The notes beneath the pieces are model-generated. The model saw nothing but the letters and a program-made list of their open reading frames with translations. It made no database searches and was not told the origin of the DNA. Made by a program: the position numbers and the translations under genes. Positions 1 to 12,935 of a stretch of 64,000 nt of DNA are shown piece after piece (the first letter of the stretch is position 1; each line of letters opens with the position of its first letter). Origin of the DNA: Cyanophora paradoxa CCMP329 (taxonomy: Eukaryota > Plantae > Glaucophyta); assembly GCA_004431415.1 (NCBI GenBank), contig QPMI01000101.1, forward strand, positions 62,001 through 126,000, written 5' to 3'.

Positions 1-3000
1 TCGCCGCCCGAGCGCCCGGGGCCGGCCCGCGCGGCGCGGGCGCCCCCGCAGCCGCCCGACCAGCCACCCCTCCAGGCGCCCGCCGCTGCTTCGGCGCGGC
101 ACCCCGCGCCATGCGCGCCGCCGACGCCAGACGCGGGCGCCGCGTCGGCGCAGGGCGCGAAGAGGACCGGGCACTTCCACTGCGGCGCGCGCGCCGCCTC
201 AGAGATTCGAAAGAGAGAAGACGGGGAGGGGCGGGGCGGGGGAGGGGCGGGGGGGGGGGGGGGGGGTAAAGGGGCACACCAGAAGGGCCTGGCACGCGCC
301 CACAATCTCCAGCATGCCCCGCGCCGCGTCCCGCCTGGTCCCTGTGCGAGCCCCGACCACATCAGCGTCTCCGGAGTACGGGATTCGAGAAAAGAAAGGG
401 GTACCCCGGAGGAGGCGGTACTGGTGGCGCAGATCGGCGATCGCGACGCCGTTGAGGACTGTGGCGCGCGCGTCGACTCGCTCGAGCCTGTCCGGGGAGC
501 TCAGGGGGTACGCGATTGCTTCTAAGGGGCACGAACGCACCTGGCGCGGCGGAGGCCTGGGGCGCGAATGTCGTACCAGAGGGGGGCGTCCGGGGGGGGC
601 GGCGGCGGGGCGCCGGGGGCCGGATAGGATGAGAAGGAGGCGGGCGGGGCGGGGCGGGGCGGGGCCGGCGCGGAGGGCGGGGCGGGGCGGGGGCCGGGGC
701 CGCCGCAGAGGGCGACGGAGAGGGAGGCGAGGGCGGGGCAGTCGAAGCGGGCGGGGCCGGCCTCGACCCCGGCCAGGCGGATCGCGGCCTGCACGCGGCG
801 CGCGTCGGCGAGAGGGGAGGGAGGGGGAAGGGAGGGGGCCGGGGCACCTCGCGGAGGAGGGGCAGGGCGACGTGGAGGCGGCGGACGGTGCGGGCGGGGG
901 CGTCCACCTCGAGGCGCGCGAGGAGGTCCAGCCCGCACGCCACACGCACCACCAGGCCCACAGGCGCGCCCCGCGGCGGGGCGCACGAGGCCGGGGGGCC
1001 GGCGGGGGCGCCCCGGCGGAGGCCGGGGGCCTCGCGGCAGGCGAGGGAGCGGATGGGGTTCGGGGCGGGGGCCTCCCCGGGGCCCGTCTGGGGGAGGAAG
1101 CAGCGGCGGAAGTCGGCGGGGAGGAAGGGGAGGGCGACCTCGTGCGTCCCCGGGCCCGCCCGCACGCTCCCCTCGACCTCCCCCGCGCCCCCCGCGCCCC
1201 CCGCCGCCTCCTCCTCCGCCTCCTCCCCCTCGGCCTCCTCCCATCGGGGGTCGGGGTCGAGCTGGAGGACGGCGAGGCGCGGGAGGCCGCGGCAGACCAC
1301 CCGGAAGTAGCGCAGCCGCCGCCCCTCCACCCGCACCTCGAACCGCCCCGCCCCTCCCGCGCGCCCGCCCCGCCGCCGCCCCGCGCCCCTCGGGGAGGCC
1401 GGAGGAGCAGCTGCCGCTGGGGCTGCAGGGGGCGCCGGGCTCGGCGGGGGGCGGCTCGGGGGCCTCCGGGGGCGCGTCGAGGTCGAGGGAGAGGCGGCGG
1501 AGGGAGCGGGCGGCGAGGCGGAGGGAGCGGAGGGCGGGGAGGCCGCCGCCCAGGGCCACCTCGCCCGCCCCCGCCTCCAGCTCCAGCGACTCGAGCAGCG
1601 GCAGCGAGGCGACCCGCACCGAGGCCGCCCGCAGCGGGCCCAGCGCGAGCCGCCTCAGGCGCGGGAAGCCCGTGCGGGGCCGCCCGTGGAGGTCGAGGGG
1701 GGGAGGGCGGCCGGGGCGGCCCCGGGGCAGCCGGCCTCGAGGACCTCGAGGGAGGGGCAGCCGGCGGCGAGCGAGGCGAGCGAGGCCGGCACGAAGGGCA
1801 GGCACAGCCGCCGCAGCGAGCCGCAGCGCGCCACCACCTGCAGCGCCGGCGCCCGCGGCAGCCGGGCGGCAGCCGGCCCCGCGGGGGCGACGGCGGGGGA
1901 GGAGGGCGGGGGCGGAGTGGAGGGGGCGGGGTCGAGGGGCAGAGGGAGAGGACGGCCTCGGCGAGGGCGGGGCAGCGGAGTTCGAGGGACTCGAGGGCGG
2001 AGGGGCGGGGCAGGCGCGCCGCGAGGCGCAGCAGCGCGCCGCTCTCCGCGGAGAGGAGGCGCACCGAGGGCGAGAGGGCGAGGTCCAGCTCGGCGAGCGA
2101 CGAGGCGGGGTCGGCCGCGTGCACGTGCGTCGCCGGCGAGGCCGCCGGGAGGCCGGCGCGCAGGGCGCGCACCGAGGGCGGGAGGGCGGCCGAGAGGGGG
2201 AGGTACTCGGCCTCGTCCCCGGGGCCCCGTCGGCGGCGGCGGCGCGGAGCTCGGCGAGGGCGGGGCACGCGGCGAGGAAGGCGGCGGTGGAGCCGAGCAG
2301 CAGCCGCCGGAGGCGCGCCCCCCGCAGCCGCGGCGCCGCCAGCGCGAGGGCCGCCTGGAGCGGGGCCAGGGGCGGCCCGGGGCGGGCGGGTACGGGAAAC
2401 CGCCCTCCTCCTCGGCGAAGTCCTCGAGGGCGGGGAGGGCGAGGGCCGGGGCCTGGGCCCGTCGGCGCCTGCGGGGGGCAGGAGACGAGGGGCGGGAGGC
2501 GGAGGGCGCGGAGGGCGGGGAGGCGCGGGAGCTCGGAGAGGAGGGCGGCGCGGGGCGGGACGCAGCGGCGGAGGGCGAGGAGGGCGAGGGGCGGCGGGGC
2601 GGGGCCCGGCGGGCCGAAGGAGACGGCGGCGGGGAGGGGGCCCTCCCGCGCCACCTCGAGGGCCCGCAGCGAGGGGCAGCCGCCGGCCTCCACCACGAGC
2701 AGGGCCGGCCCGCGGCGCGGGCCGGGGGCGCCGGGCCGGCCGGCTCGTCGGCGTCGGAGCCGGCGAGGCGGACAGAGCCGGTGCAGCGGAGGCCGGGGCC
2801 GAGGACGACGCGGTAGGGCGTGCGGCGGAAGGCCGGGCTGGGCGGCGCCGGCGCAGCCGCCGGCACGCGGCACGGGAGCGCGCACGCGATCGACGCCGAC
2901 TCCAGGCCCCCCGCGCGAGCGCCCGCAGCGAGATCGCAGTGACCCGCGGCGGCGGCGGCGGGGCGCGCGCCGAGGGGAGGAGGGCGGGTGCGAGGGAGCC

Positions 3001-3295
3001 ACCAGGAGGGGGCCGGCCGCAGGAGGGGTAGCCGAGAAGGGGCGCGTCGGGGCGTCGAGGGCGCAGGCGCCGCAGTGCCAGGGGCAGCGCGGGGCGCGCG
3101 CGTCAGCCCCGGGGGGCCAGCCGAGGCAGGCCGCGTGGTAGCGCGCCCCGCACTGCGCGCACTCCAGCGGCGGCGAGGGCGCCGCCCGCTTGCACGCCGC
3201 GCACCTGCCGGCCCCGCTCAGAGCGCGGCGGCGGGCGGGGCCGGCGCTGCGCGGGTCGACGCACGCAGGGGGAGGGCGGGCCCGCCGTTGGTCTC

Positions 3296-3327
<32 letters not shown>

Positions 3328-5192
3328 CGAAGGCGGCAGCCTCAGCGACGTCGCCGGCGCTGACCGCGTAAGCCGACTCGGGGCGGGGAGGCCGGGCGGG
3401 GCCGCCCGGCGCGGGAGGCCGGACGGGGCGGGGCCCGCCTGGGGCTCCTCGGGGCACTGGCCGGGGACGGGGCCGTCGCGCCACTCGAGGCGGCGGAGAG
3501 CGGGGAAAGCGGCGGGGAGACCGCGAGCGAAGAGGCCCTCGACGCAGCGGGCGCGCGCGAGGGCGCCCCACAGGCCCCGCTCGGGCCCGCGCCAAGGGCC
3601 GCCCGCCCCTCCTGCTCCCCACCCGCCCGGCCCCGGTCCCGGCCCCGTCCCCGGCGGCGGCGGCGGCGTCCTCCTCGTCGTCGTCGTCGTCTGCGGGGTC
3701 TTCGACGTCGTGCTCGAGGCGGAGGCGGAGGCGGGCGGCGCGGGAGCAGCGCAGGCCGGCGCCGCAGGCGGCGGCAAGGGCGGCGGGGGAGAGGCCGGAG
3801 AGCTCGAGCGACTCGAGCAGCGGGAGGCGCCGCAGGAGCGCCGCCAGGCGCCCCGCGTCCAGCTCCGCCCTGCGCCCCTCCGCCTCAGACGGGCGGCGGC
3901 CGCGGGGAGAGCGTGCGGGGCACGCACGGGCCGACGGTGACGCCGCGGGCCAGGGTGCGGCAGCCCGGGAGCGGGTCCGCGGGGCCGTGGCCGGTGAGGC
4001 GCAGGACGAGGGCGCGCAGCGGGGCGGCGAAGGGCTGCGGGTCGGGGCCGCTGCCGGGGACGGGGGCGGCGGGGCGAGGGCGCGCTCGGCGAGCTCGCGG
4101 GCGGGGAGGCAGGCGGCCAGGCGGGTCAGCGAGGGGCACGCCTCCAGGAGCCGCGCCAGGGCGGCGCCCCCAGCGGCAGCTCGCACTCCAGCTCCTCGAT
4201 GGCCGCCGCCGCCGCCGCCGCCTCCCGCGCCGCCGCCCGGCGCGCGGCGGCCGCCGCGCCGCCGAGCGCGCCGTCGTCGCTGCCGTCGGAGAGGCGGCGG
4301 AAGGCCTCCCAGGCGACGCCGGCCTCGTCGTCGCCCTCGTCCCCGGCCCCGTCGGAGGAGGCGCCGCCGTCGGAGGACTCGGCGCCGGCGGGCCGCGGCC
4401 GGCCGGGGGCGGCGTCGGAGGGGGCGAGGCGGTGGACGACGGGGTCGGCGACGAGCTGCCGGCGCCGCGCGAAGTCGTCGGGGTGCTGGTAGCGGCGCCC
4501 CTGCGGCGGGAACGCCTCCGCGCGGAGGCAGAGGCGCTTCAGCGTCGCGCGGTGGCCGCCCAGCCACACCACGAGCTGCGGTTGTTGCTCGGTGGCGCGC
4601 ACGGCGTGGCCCGCGCGGCGGGGCGGGGCGGGTCGCACGTTGCGCAGGCCGAACCAGTAGCTGTTCTCAGCAACGTCCGGGATCGCGTACAGCTCGAGGC
4701 TGCTGATCTCGGGCGAGTCGAAAGTATGAATGAAGTCCAGGTCGGTGTGCGGCGAGACGAGCAGCGCATCGCCCGCGCTGGACGCGAGCCGCAGGTCCCG
4801 GACGGCCGGGAAGCGGAAGGGAAGGTCCGCGAGGAACGAGGACAGGACGTGCGACTCCAGGAGTGATGCATCGACGTGCAGCCGCGACCTGCGTGGGGCG
4901 AGTCAACTGCGCGTGGCTCTGCAGGGGCGCAGGGCTGCGGTAGGCTTACACGAAGCGGCTGGCCTCGTTCCACGTACGACAGACGGCAGACGCGGCAATC
5001 AAATCCATGCCGCAGAGGTAGTTGAACACCTGCGCAGTACTAGGCTCAGCCTGGCAGCTATGGGCCCCGCGGAAGCGAGCGCAAGCCCGGGCGCATCGCG
5101 CTAGGGAGGCTTGCGCGGGCACATACATGAGCGAGGAGATCGCTGTTCTGGAGCACGAGCGTCTGCGGCGCCCAGTGTTTTGGCTGCTCCAT
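1..5192 (-). CDS. F-box/LRR-like protein, multi-exon, runs off the left end of the window
   Basis: Spliced N-terminus MEQPKHWAPQTLVLQNSDLLAH|VFNYLCGMDLIAASAVCRTWNEASR resembles an F-box. It is followed by many LRR-like motifs (LLEACPSLTRL, RLPLLESLELSG, GCPSLEVLEA, LPALRSLRL). Homopolymer frameshifts; could be two genes. Confidence 0.6.
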
Positions 5193-5288
5193 GTGTGTAC
5201 TTCGAGAAACATGCAGGCTGCAGACAGAACGTCTACAAGCTAGACGGATCTCAACTTTGGGGCTCCAGTTCGTGGGATTGGACTTTAA

Positions 5289-5559
5289 TTTCGTCCAAAC
5301 TTTAATTTCGTCCAACTTTCGTCCAACTTTCGTCCAACTAGTATTTTCGTCCAACTTTCGTCCAACTTTCGTCCAACTTTCGTCCAACTAGTATTTTCGT
5401 CCAACTTTCGTCCAACTTTTGTCCAACTTTCGTCCAACTAGTACTTTCGTCCAACTTTCGTCCAACTTTTGTCCAACTTTCGTCCAACTAGCTATATATA
5501 GCTAGTACCGTAGTACTTTCGCGCCGGTCAGCTTTCGTCCAAACTCGTCCAACTTTCGT
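5289..5559. repeat. 11-bp minisatellite (TTTCGTCCAAC)n with higher-order ACTAGTA spacers
   Basis: Directly visible tandem array; related arrays at 40063-40190 and 45380-45495. Confidence 0.95.
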
Positions 5560-5933
5560 TGGGATAGCTTGGGATAGCTCAGGACTGCCTTTTAAAGACT
5601 GCTAGCGCGCTTCTGGTCGTCCGCTGCACGCGCCTCGCGCGTGTCTGGTTTCAAGGTTATCGAATAGTTGTACCCCAGCGGACCCGGATCAAATTGCCTC
5701 GGCGCTCGAGGCTCGAGCTCGCAGTCTGAATTCGAAAGTACGTGCGCCCTTCTGCCGTACATCCGGACTATAGCTACTTACGCAGCAGGCCAAGGGCAGC
5801 GTGCTCGAAAAGGGGGTGTTATAATTAGCTGGCGCTGGCGCTAGCGCTAGCCGCCGCGCGCGCCGCGCGCGCCGCGCGCGCTAGGCGCTGATCATGAGCG
5901 CGTCGGCGCCGGCCTCGTGTCCGCCAAAACGGC

Positions 5934-7711
5934 TCAAGCGAAGGTGTGGTGCTGCTGGCCGCGGATAACGATCTCCGAGAGGCACACGTTTTGCGGCGAA
6001 TCAACCGCGAAGAGCAGGGCCCGCGCCACGTCGTCCGGCTGCACCTGCGCCCGCCGCGCCTCAGCTCGCCGGACCGATCGCGAACGGGCGCGCGGGCGGG
6101 GCGACCGAACCAGGGTGCGGGGGTCGAACTTGCCATGCTGCCCGCGCGGCCCGATCGCTCCGGCCTCCGACGCAGTCTGCCGCCCCGCCCGAGCCCATGC
6201 GCACGCAGGATCAAATTCAGATATCGACCCCTGGAATATTGATCAGCTCAGCTTGGCCGGGCGCACGTCGGTCATGTGGCTGGTCGTGTAGCCTGGCAGC
6301 AGCGAGATGACCTGGGTGGACGCGGGCGAGGGCGTCATGATCAGGCCCAGGGCGGCATTTCGAACCATGCGGATACAGGAGATCTAGAAGATGATATGAT
6401 ATACGAATTCAGAAGAAGAATTCAGCGGGCCTTGATTCCGTGGTCGCGCACATCCTCGAAGAGCGAGCCTGGGAAAGCGCTCGAATTAAATCCTAGATCT
6501 AGAACAAATGCGAGCTTCGAAGATGGCACCGGCGAAGCCGAGGAGGGCGTGCTTGGAGGCGACGTATGCGGCGAGGCGGTGGTGCGGCTGGCGCCCAAAC
6601 CTGCCGCCCGAGACCGTGATTCTGAAACTCTAGAAAAAACGAACGCCTGAACTGCACGGACCCCCCGACCATGAACACGATCGCCTGCCGCATGCGCAGC
6701 TGCGGAGTCAGAGCTTTGCGGAGGGGCGGCCGCCGGGCAAAGCGGGCGGGGGCGCGCCTTGGGGACATTCGGGTCGCGGCGGTTGATCATGTGCTCCAGC
6801 GCCATCCGCGTCACTGCGGCGGCCCGGCGAAATTTAATCTACTCGTTCCGGAATTTCTAGAAGCTCGGGGGGGCGGGGCTGGACACACGTTGCATGGGGG
6901 CGCGGCAGTTGACATCGAGGCAGTACTCCCTGCGAGGCTGCTCAGCGAAAGGAGACGGGGTGCACGTGTGCGTGGGGTCGCGGCGGGCCGCCCGCGGCCG
7001 CGCGCACCACTCGGCGAGGTTCGCCTCGTGCGCGGACTTGCAGCCGTCCAGCACGCCTGCCGGGGCGCACGATCTTTTTAAAGAGGCGACGCGACAGCGG
7101 AAAATTGAACCGCATGAATGCGAGCAAGCTACGGACCGGCGTTGTTGATGAGGACTGCGGCGAGGTACCGGCCGGTCAGCTTGGCCCGGCGGAGAAAGCG
7201 CGAAACCGAGCGCGCGTCACGGCGTCGCGGGCTCACAATCGATCCCACCGAAAACTTCCACACACTCCCGGATGGCCCGCTGCAGCTCCTCCACGCGCGT
7301 CAGATCGCAGTCCGCAAGGTGGACCTTGATCTGGCGTGCGCGAGGGTGATATTGGTATTGATCAAATTAATTACGAGAGCCGGAAATTGAAATTGCAGCC
7401 GAGCTTTCGAACCCCGTATTTCTCCTGGCACTCGCGCGCGCTGCGGGAATATTTAATGCGAGCGCAAGCTCGAGGTGGCGCAAGCAGCAAAAGCACGCAC
7501 CAGCCCTCAAGCCCCTGAATTCCGCGCCCGACCAGCATTACATTAGTTCCGCGCTCGGCGAACGCGTGCGCGATCGCCCGGCCGATTCCGCTCCCTCCGC
7601 CGGTAATAAGCCTGCGCATACGAGCGCGCGCGCGCGAGTACGGGAGAGGTCAAATTCCGCCGCTAGCGGCAGGGGCTGCGCGTACGCGGTGGTTCCCTGG
7701 ATGCGCGACAT
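5934..7711 (-). CDS. Short-chain dehydrogenase/reductase (classical SDR), multi-exon
   Basis: Spliced product contains LITGGGSGIG (TGxxxGxG), LINNAG, YVASKHALLGFAG (YxxxK), VISLLPGY and VQPDDVARALLFAV. Confidence 0.9.
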
Positions 7712-8600
7712 TGCTGCGTCTAAATGGGAATTTTGCGGGTGTGTGGGCGGGAGCGGCTCGCAGCTGCAGCGAACGTCAACCGAGAACTGATCAACCTGCC
7801 GCTGCTGTACCCCCCTTCCCATGCCCTCCCCTCTCCGAGGCTCTCAACAAAAATTTAAAATTCCCCTCTCCCCCTTCAGCTTCCCATGCCCTCCCCACCC
7901 CTCCCCTTCTAATCCCCGGCCCCTTGACCTTCCGGATCCACCCCTCCGGGGGAATCACACTTCCCACCCCTCCCGAATCACCCCTCCCCTCCCGGGCCCC
8001 TCCCTCCCCTAGGCCTGTAGCTTGCTTAAGCTTGCACTTCGAATTCTACTTTCCCCTTCCGCCATCCACTTCAATTTCCCCCGCCCCTCTCTCGAGCTCT
8101 GGCCTTGCCTTGCATTGCCTTTACCTTGCCTCTAGATCTGCCCCTCTCCCCCTTGTCCCTCTGGCCTTGCCTCGAGCTCCTCCTAGGCCTCTTCAAGCTT
8201 CCTGTACATGTACCTCGGACGTTTCACTCTTCAAGGACACATGCGCAGCGCTCCGAGGCTCGCCCGGCGGCCGGTCTCGAAGCTGGGGCAACGCCCTTGA
8301 AGCTTAAGAGCTGCTCGCGCATGATGGCCCCTGCGGCCCCTGAACCCCATGGCCACCACTCGAGCTTTGCAGGAAAAACCAATTCTAAATCTGATGCCAG
8401 CGTCGAGGACAGAGACGAGGCCCACACCCTTTCCTTTCCTGCAGTATGGAGTGGTACCGGTAGGGCTGGCCGCGGCCTGGAGGGACATGTGATTCGAAAT
8501 ACGTCGAGGGGAGAGGAAGAGGGCGGAAAGGGAGGTTAGCAGGGCGGGGGGCGGGGAGCTCGAGACGGGGGGCGGGGAGGGGCCAGAGGGGGGCCCGCAG

Positions 8601-8921
8601 CTAGGACTGGGAGATGATGATGTGCTCGGCGTCCTGCACGTCGAACTTCTGCCCGGGCGCCGCCACGTCCAGCCGCTTCAGCTGCCCCCGAGCGTCCACC
8701 CGTGAGCGCCCCGTGCAGAAGGGGGGGGGGGTACCGCGCACCACGAGGTTGAGGATCTTGGCGGAGCGCTTGTCGGCGGACTCTGTCGGGTCGAACTTCT
8801 TGAGGGCGATGATCCCCAGCAGCTCCAGGAACTCCGCGTACACCAGCTGCCCGCGCCCCAGCCGCCCCGCCCTCCGCTTAGCCTCCCCCGCCCGCCACGG
8901 TTCTTCTTTTCTATGCAAGGG

Positions 8922-8957
<36 letters not shown>

Positions 8958-11351
8958 AGGAGTGGGTGGGGAGGGGGAAGGCGGGGGGGCGGCGGACCTC
9001 CTGGGAGATGCGGGGATCGTCGGGGTCCTTGTCCTTGGCGAGGTACTGGAGGAAGAACTCGCGCACCTGGTGCCCCCCTGGAGCTGAGAGGGGGCGGGGG
9101 GAACCTAAGCGGGAGGGGGCCGCGCGCACGGCGGGGATGCCGATGGCCGGGTCGATGATCTCCGCCTCCTGCCGGCGAGGGCGGCGCTCAGAGGCGCGAA
9201 GGAGAGGCGGGCTACAGCGAGGAAGGAAAGCGGGAGTAGACGTAAGCGAGTTTGGAGGGAGGGCGGGCAAGCCAAGTGAGGGGCTGAAGAAGGCAGCAGA
9301 AGAGGGGATCTATCTGTCTCTCAGCTATCGTAGGGCCTCAAAGAAGCGCTGTCGCGCGCCGCAGCGAGGCCGGTGGAGCGCCGGGGGGCACGCGGGACGA
9401 GTAAGGAGGAAGAGCGCTAGAAGAAGAAAGCATATGGCGTCGCGATTAGAGCGGCCTCCACCCCCCGCTTCCCCCCCGCCTCGTCCTCCACGGGGGCGCA
9501 CGCGGGCCATCTTCACGAAGTGGTGGAGGCCCATGGCGTTGACGGCGTGCGGCCCAGCCGCGTCCTTCTCCTCCATCGCCACCGCCCGGTAGTACTCGAA
9601 GACCTGCCGCCCCAGCGCGCCCTGAGGAGGGCAGGGGAGAAAGGGGGGCGAGCGGGCTTCGCTCGCACCTTGTGGAGGCCCTCGTGGAGCTTGCGGTACA
9701 CCGTCTGCGCGCGGCGTCAGGCAGTGCGCGGGGCGGGGGCGGGGCGGGGGAGGGGGAGGGCGGACGCGGAGCTTGCGGGACATGAGGAGGTCGCGCTGGT
9801 AGATGTCCCCCGTGGAGACGGGCCGGGCGAGCACGTGGTCGTTCAGCAGCCGCTGGAACGCCTCCCCCAGCCGCTCCATCGGGTACTTCGTCCGCGCGCA
9901 CATCACCTGCCGGAGAGGTAACCCCGCCGTTCGAGGGGGGGGGGGGGGGGGGGGGGGCGAAGAGTGGCGGGCAGGCGGGGGGGGGGGGGGGGCGCACGAG
10001 GAGCTCGAGGAACTCGGCGAGGGTGAGGGCGCGGTCGAGGGAGGCGGGGTCCTGGCGGCCGGCGTGGGCCCGTGGGGGGCCCGGGGGAGGGCGGCGAGGG
10101 AGCGCAAGCGCACCGTGACGGACTCGAACACGATCTGTGCGAACAGCAGGTCGATCCGCCCGTACTGCGCCGCCCCCAAGGTCAGCGGGGCCGGCGCGGG
10201 GGCGATCCGGGGGTGGGGGGGTACGGGTACCTGAAGGCGGGCGTCGCCCATCTTGTGGTCGCGGGCGAAGCGGTGGAACTCGGGGGCGCACATCCGCACG
10301 TCCTGCCCCACCTCCGGCTGCCCCCCGCCCGTCAGACGAATCTATCGTACCCATCGCACGCTCGATCTGTTCTAACTGCTCGCTAGAGAAGCGCCACCAA
10401 GCGGGGCGGGGTGCTCGGAGGAGGGTCGCACGGCTACGCGCGCGGTGGGACACGTGCGGGGCGGGGCGGGGCGGACCAGGCCGTAGGTGCCGCAGTATTC
10501 CTTGTACTTGCCGGAGAGCATCTCTGCGCGGCGGTGGTGGGTTCGGGGAGGGAGGTCAGGGCCAAGCCACGAGGCGGGGCGGGGTGGGGCGGGGCGGGGC
10601 GGGGAGGGACGAGCTGGAGGCCCGCGGGGGCGCGAGGGTGCGCACCGAAGTTGTTCCAGATCTGGCGTTTGAGGATGGACTTCTCCTGCCGGTGCATGCC
10701 CTGCTGGCCGCCCCCGCGCGCTCAGCGGCGCGGCGCGAGGGGCGAAAGGAAGGCGAAGGGGCGGGCGGGCCTGGAGGCGCATGCGCTTCCAGAGGTCCTC
10801 GTAATCGTCGGAGTAGGTGATGGGCTCGGTGTCGAGCTCGGCGACGATGCCGCCGGCCGAGACGCCGGCCACGCTCGCCGTCCCCTCCCGCTGGAAGAAG
10901 TCCGGCGGCAGCCCCTTCCCCTTGTAGATCCAGATCCCGTTCTCCCACGCCCACCCGTCTGCCCCCCCGCCCCCGCCCCCTCAGAGGCGCCCCGCGCGCG
11001 GAGCGGGCGCGGGGCGCGGCGGCGGGCGCACAGGACTCCCCGAGGTACGCCTTCTCCTTCATCGTCTCGTCCGAGGACGGCTCCGCGTGGTACGCCACGG
11101 GCTCCTCCTCGTTCCACCCAAGCTCGTCCACGCCCTTGTCCGCCCCCGGGTCGCCTGCCGCCGCCGCCGCCGCTCGGCTGTGGCGGAGCGGGAATGCGGC
11201 GAGCCGGCGGAGCGGACGCACCCCTGAGGAGCACGCGAACTTGCTCGCCGTCCGCTAGCGTCTCAGCAACGGTTGCCGCGAGGTCCAGCTTCGCCCCGTC
11301 CAGCGTGCAGACGTTGGCTGGGATGAACGTGTGCGCGGACTCGTAGGCCAT
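8601..11351 (-). CDS. Uncharacterised protein with EF-hand/p25-alpha-like helical motifs, multi-exon; start uncertain
   Basis: Exons: MCAPEFHRFARDHKM, YGRIDLLFAQIV, LTLAEFLELL, MGLHHFVKMA, LVYAEFLELLGIIALKKF. Stop at 8601. Confidence 0.6.
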
Positions 11352-11954
11352 GCCGTAGCGCGACGCCCCGACAAGTCCCAGCCACTTCACCTTCTGCGCG
11401 CCCGCCGCGCAGCATACTACAAAGCTCTTTTCCCGGACAAGCACCTGCAACGGCCCGCGGCTCATGCGGTGCAGGCTAAACCGCTTTGGCAGCACCACCA
11501 GGCAACGCACGCACCGTGATCTTCATCTGCGTCGCCGGGGAGGGCAATAGCAGCGCCAAGATTGTTCGTTGACTGTACCCCTGCTCTATGCTCATAGCTC
11601 TTGTCAACTCGGAACCCTGGGGATTTCGTGGGTCGGCGGTACCCCCCCGGGACCGGCGTGCGGGGGGGTCGAGCCAGGCGTGGCCCGCCACGGGTACGCC
11701 GACCCGCCACCGCCACGCGTGACTCCCGTGACTCCCGTGGCACCCGTGACGCGGGCGGTGGTCGGACCGGCGGCGAACCGGCGAGTCCGGAATGACGTCA
11801 TGGTGACGTCGTCGCTCGGAAGTAAGTACTGTAGTAGTATTGTACCGTCAATTCAAGCCATGGCCGCGAGCCCAAGCCCCACGAGCAGGCCTGAGCCCAG
11901 CCACAGTGCCTGATTCGCCATTGATACCAAATGAAAGGATAATGTTCCGATTCA

Positions 11955-12090
11955 GCCGTCGCCAACCCGACGCGACCCGATGCGCGCCGACCGTCGAGCG
12001 TGCTGTATAAACCGACTCTAGGCGCCGTCACCGTGGTGGTGACGGTAAACCTTGCGGAGTTGAATCAAGGGTTCGAGTCCCCGCGGGCCC
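11955..12090 (+). ncRNA. Island repeat copy 1: TATA + hairpin + B-box, tRNA-like unit (putative Pol III)
   Basis: TATAAA at 12006, CCGTCACC..GGTGACGG palindrome, GGTTCGAGTCC B-box/T-arm. The repeat is certain; transcription is inferred. Confidence 0.45.
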
Positions 12091-12214
12091 GCCGCCGACC
12101 CGACGCGCGCCGAACGTCGAGCGCGCCACCGGAGGCGAGCATAGGCGCCGTCACCATGACGGTGACGGTAAACCCTGCGGAGTTGAATCAAGGGTTCGAA
12201 TCTCGGCGGGTCCC
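12091..12214 (+). ncRNA. Island repeat copy 2 (lacks TATA)
   Basis: TAGGCGCCGTCACCATGACGGTGACGGTAAACCCTGCGGAGTTGAATCAAGGGTTCGAATC is near-identical to copies 1 and 3. Confidence 0.4.
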
Positions 12215-12283
12215 GTTTGGCCGATGGCGCGTCGGGCGCTGGTGCGGTCCTTTCGCGCCCGCCAGTACGGTCGCGGCGCTCTG

Positions 12284-12877
12284 ATGCATGATTGGCAGCG
12301 CGAGCAGTTCAACGGACGGGCGGCGGCCGGCGGCGCGCTCGGCGAGGATTTGAACCGCGAGGGCCACGTGGTGGTGCTGGCGAACGCCGCCGTGCACGTG
12401 GCGCACTGCGTGAACGACGCGCTGCACGAGATGCGCGCGGGCGCCGGCGACCCGTTTGTGTACAACCCGCTGCTCGTCGCGGCGGTTGCCGGCGTCCAAT
12501 CGGCGCTGGACGGCGTCGCGAGCTTCTGCGACCGGCACTTCCCGAGCGGCGAGCGGCGGGAAGACAAGCTCTACTTCGACAGCTACCGGTTCGCGCACCA
12601 GTGGCTCGAGCCGGTCGAGCGCGCGCGCCTGGCGCTCCGGCGGCCCGACTTCTACAACGGCGGCGACTTTGCCGCCGTCGCCAACCGCGCCAAGCACACG
12701 CTCCCGTGGTTCGGCGTCGCGTCCGCGGACGCGGACGGCGCGCTCGACGTCCGCGACGCCGCCGGCCGCCGCCTGGTCGCCGGCACAGTCGCGCCCGCCT
12801 ATCGCCTGCTCTGCCAGTGCGTGGCCGCGCTCGCCGTCCAGTGCGGCGTGCGCCTCCGCGAGTGGCCCGCGGTCTGA
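12284..12877 (+). CDS. Intronless HEPN-like protein, paralogue A (alternative in-frame start 12224)
   Basis: Clean ORF with FAAVANRAKH motif; clearly homologous to 13743-14360. The HEPN assignment is inferred from NxxKH and a helical pattern only. Confidence 0.75.
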   Translation: MHDWQREQFNGRAAAGGALGEDLNREGHVVVLANAAVHVAHCVNDALHEMRAGAGDPFVYNPLLVAAVAGVQSALDGVASFCDRHFPSGERREDKLYFDSYRFAHQWLEPVERARLALRRPDFYNGGDFAAVANRAKHTLPWFGVASADADGALDVRDAAGRRLVAGTVAPAYRLLCQCVAALAVQCGVRLREWPAV

Positions 12878-12935
12878 CGATTGTCCGCGCTGCCGTGGCC
12901 CGTGATGAATGCGAATATATATACGACAGTACTAC

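Noticed and set aside
199-4866. Very long Arg/Pro/Gly/Ala-rich ORFs on both strands (also at 21-25 kb and 57-63 kb)
   Set aside because: Shadow frames of very GC-rich DNA with few stop codons. The real products are spliced and switch frames.
5289-5559. Telomeric repeat or coding repeat ORFs (SSNFRPTFVQL)
   Set aside because: The unit is not a telomere-type motif and is internal; the ORFs are artefacts of the 11-bp period.
6655-6800. Sec1/Sly1-like AIVFMVGG motif
   Set aside because: It is an exon end of the SDR gene read into the following intron.
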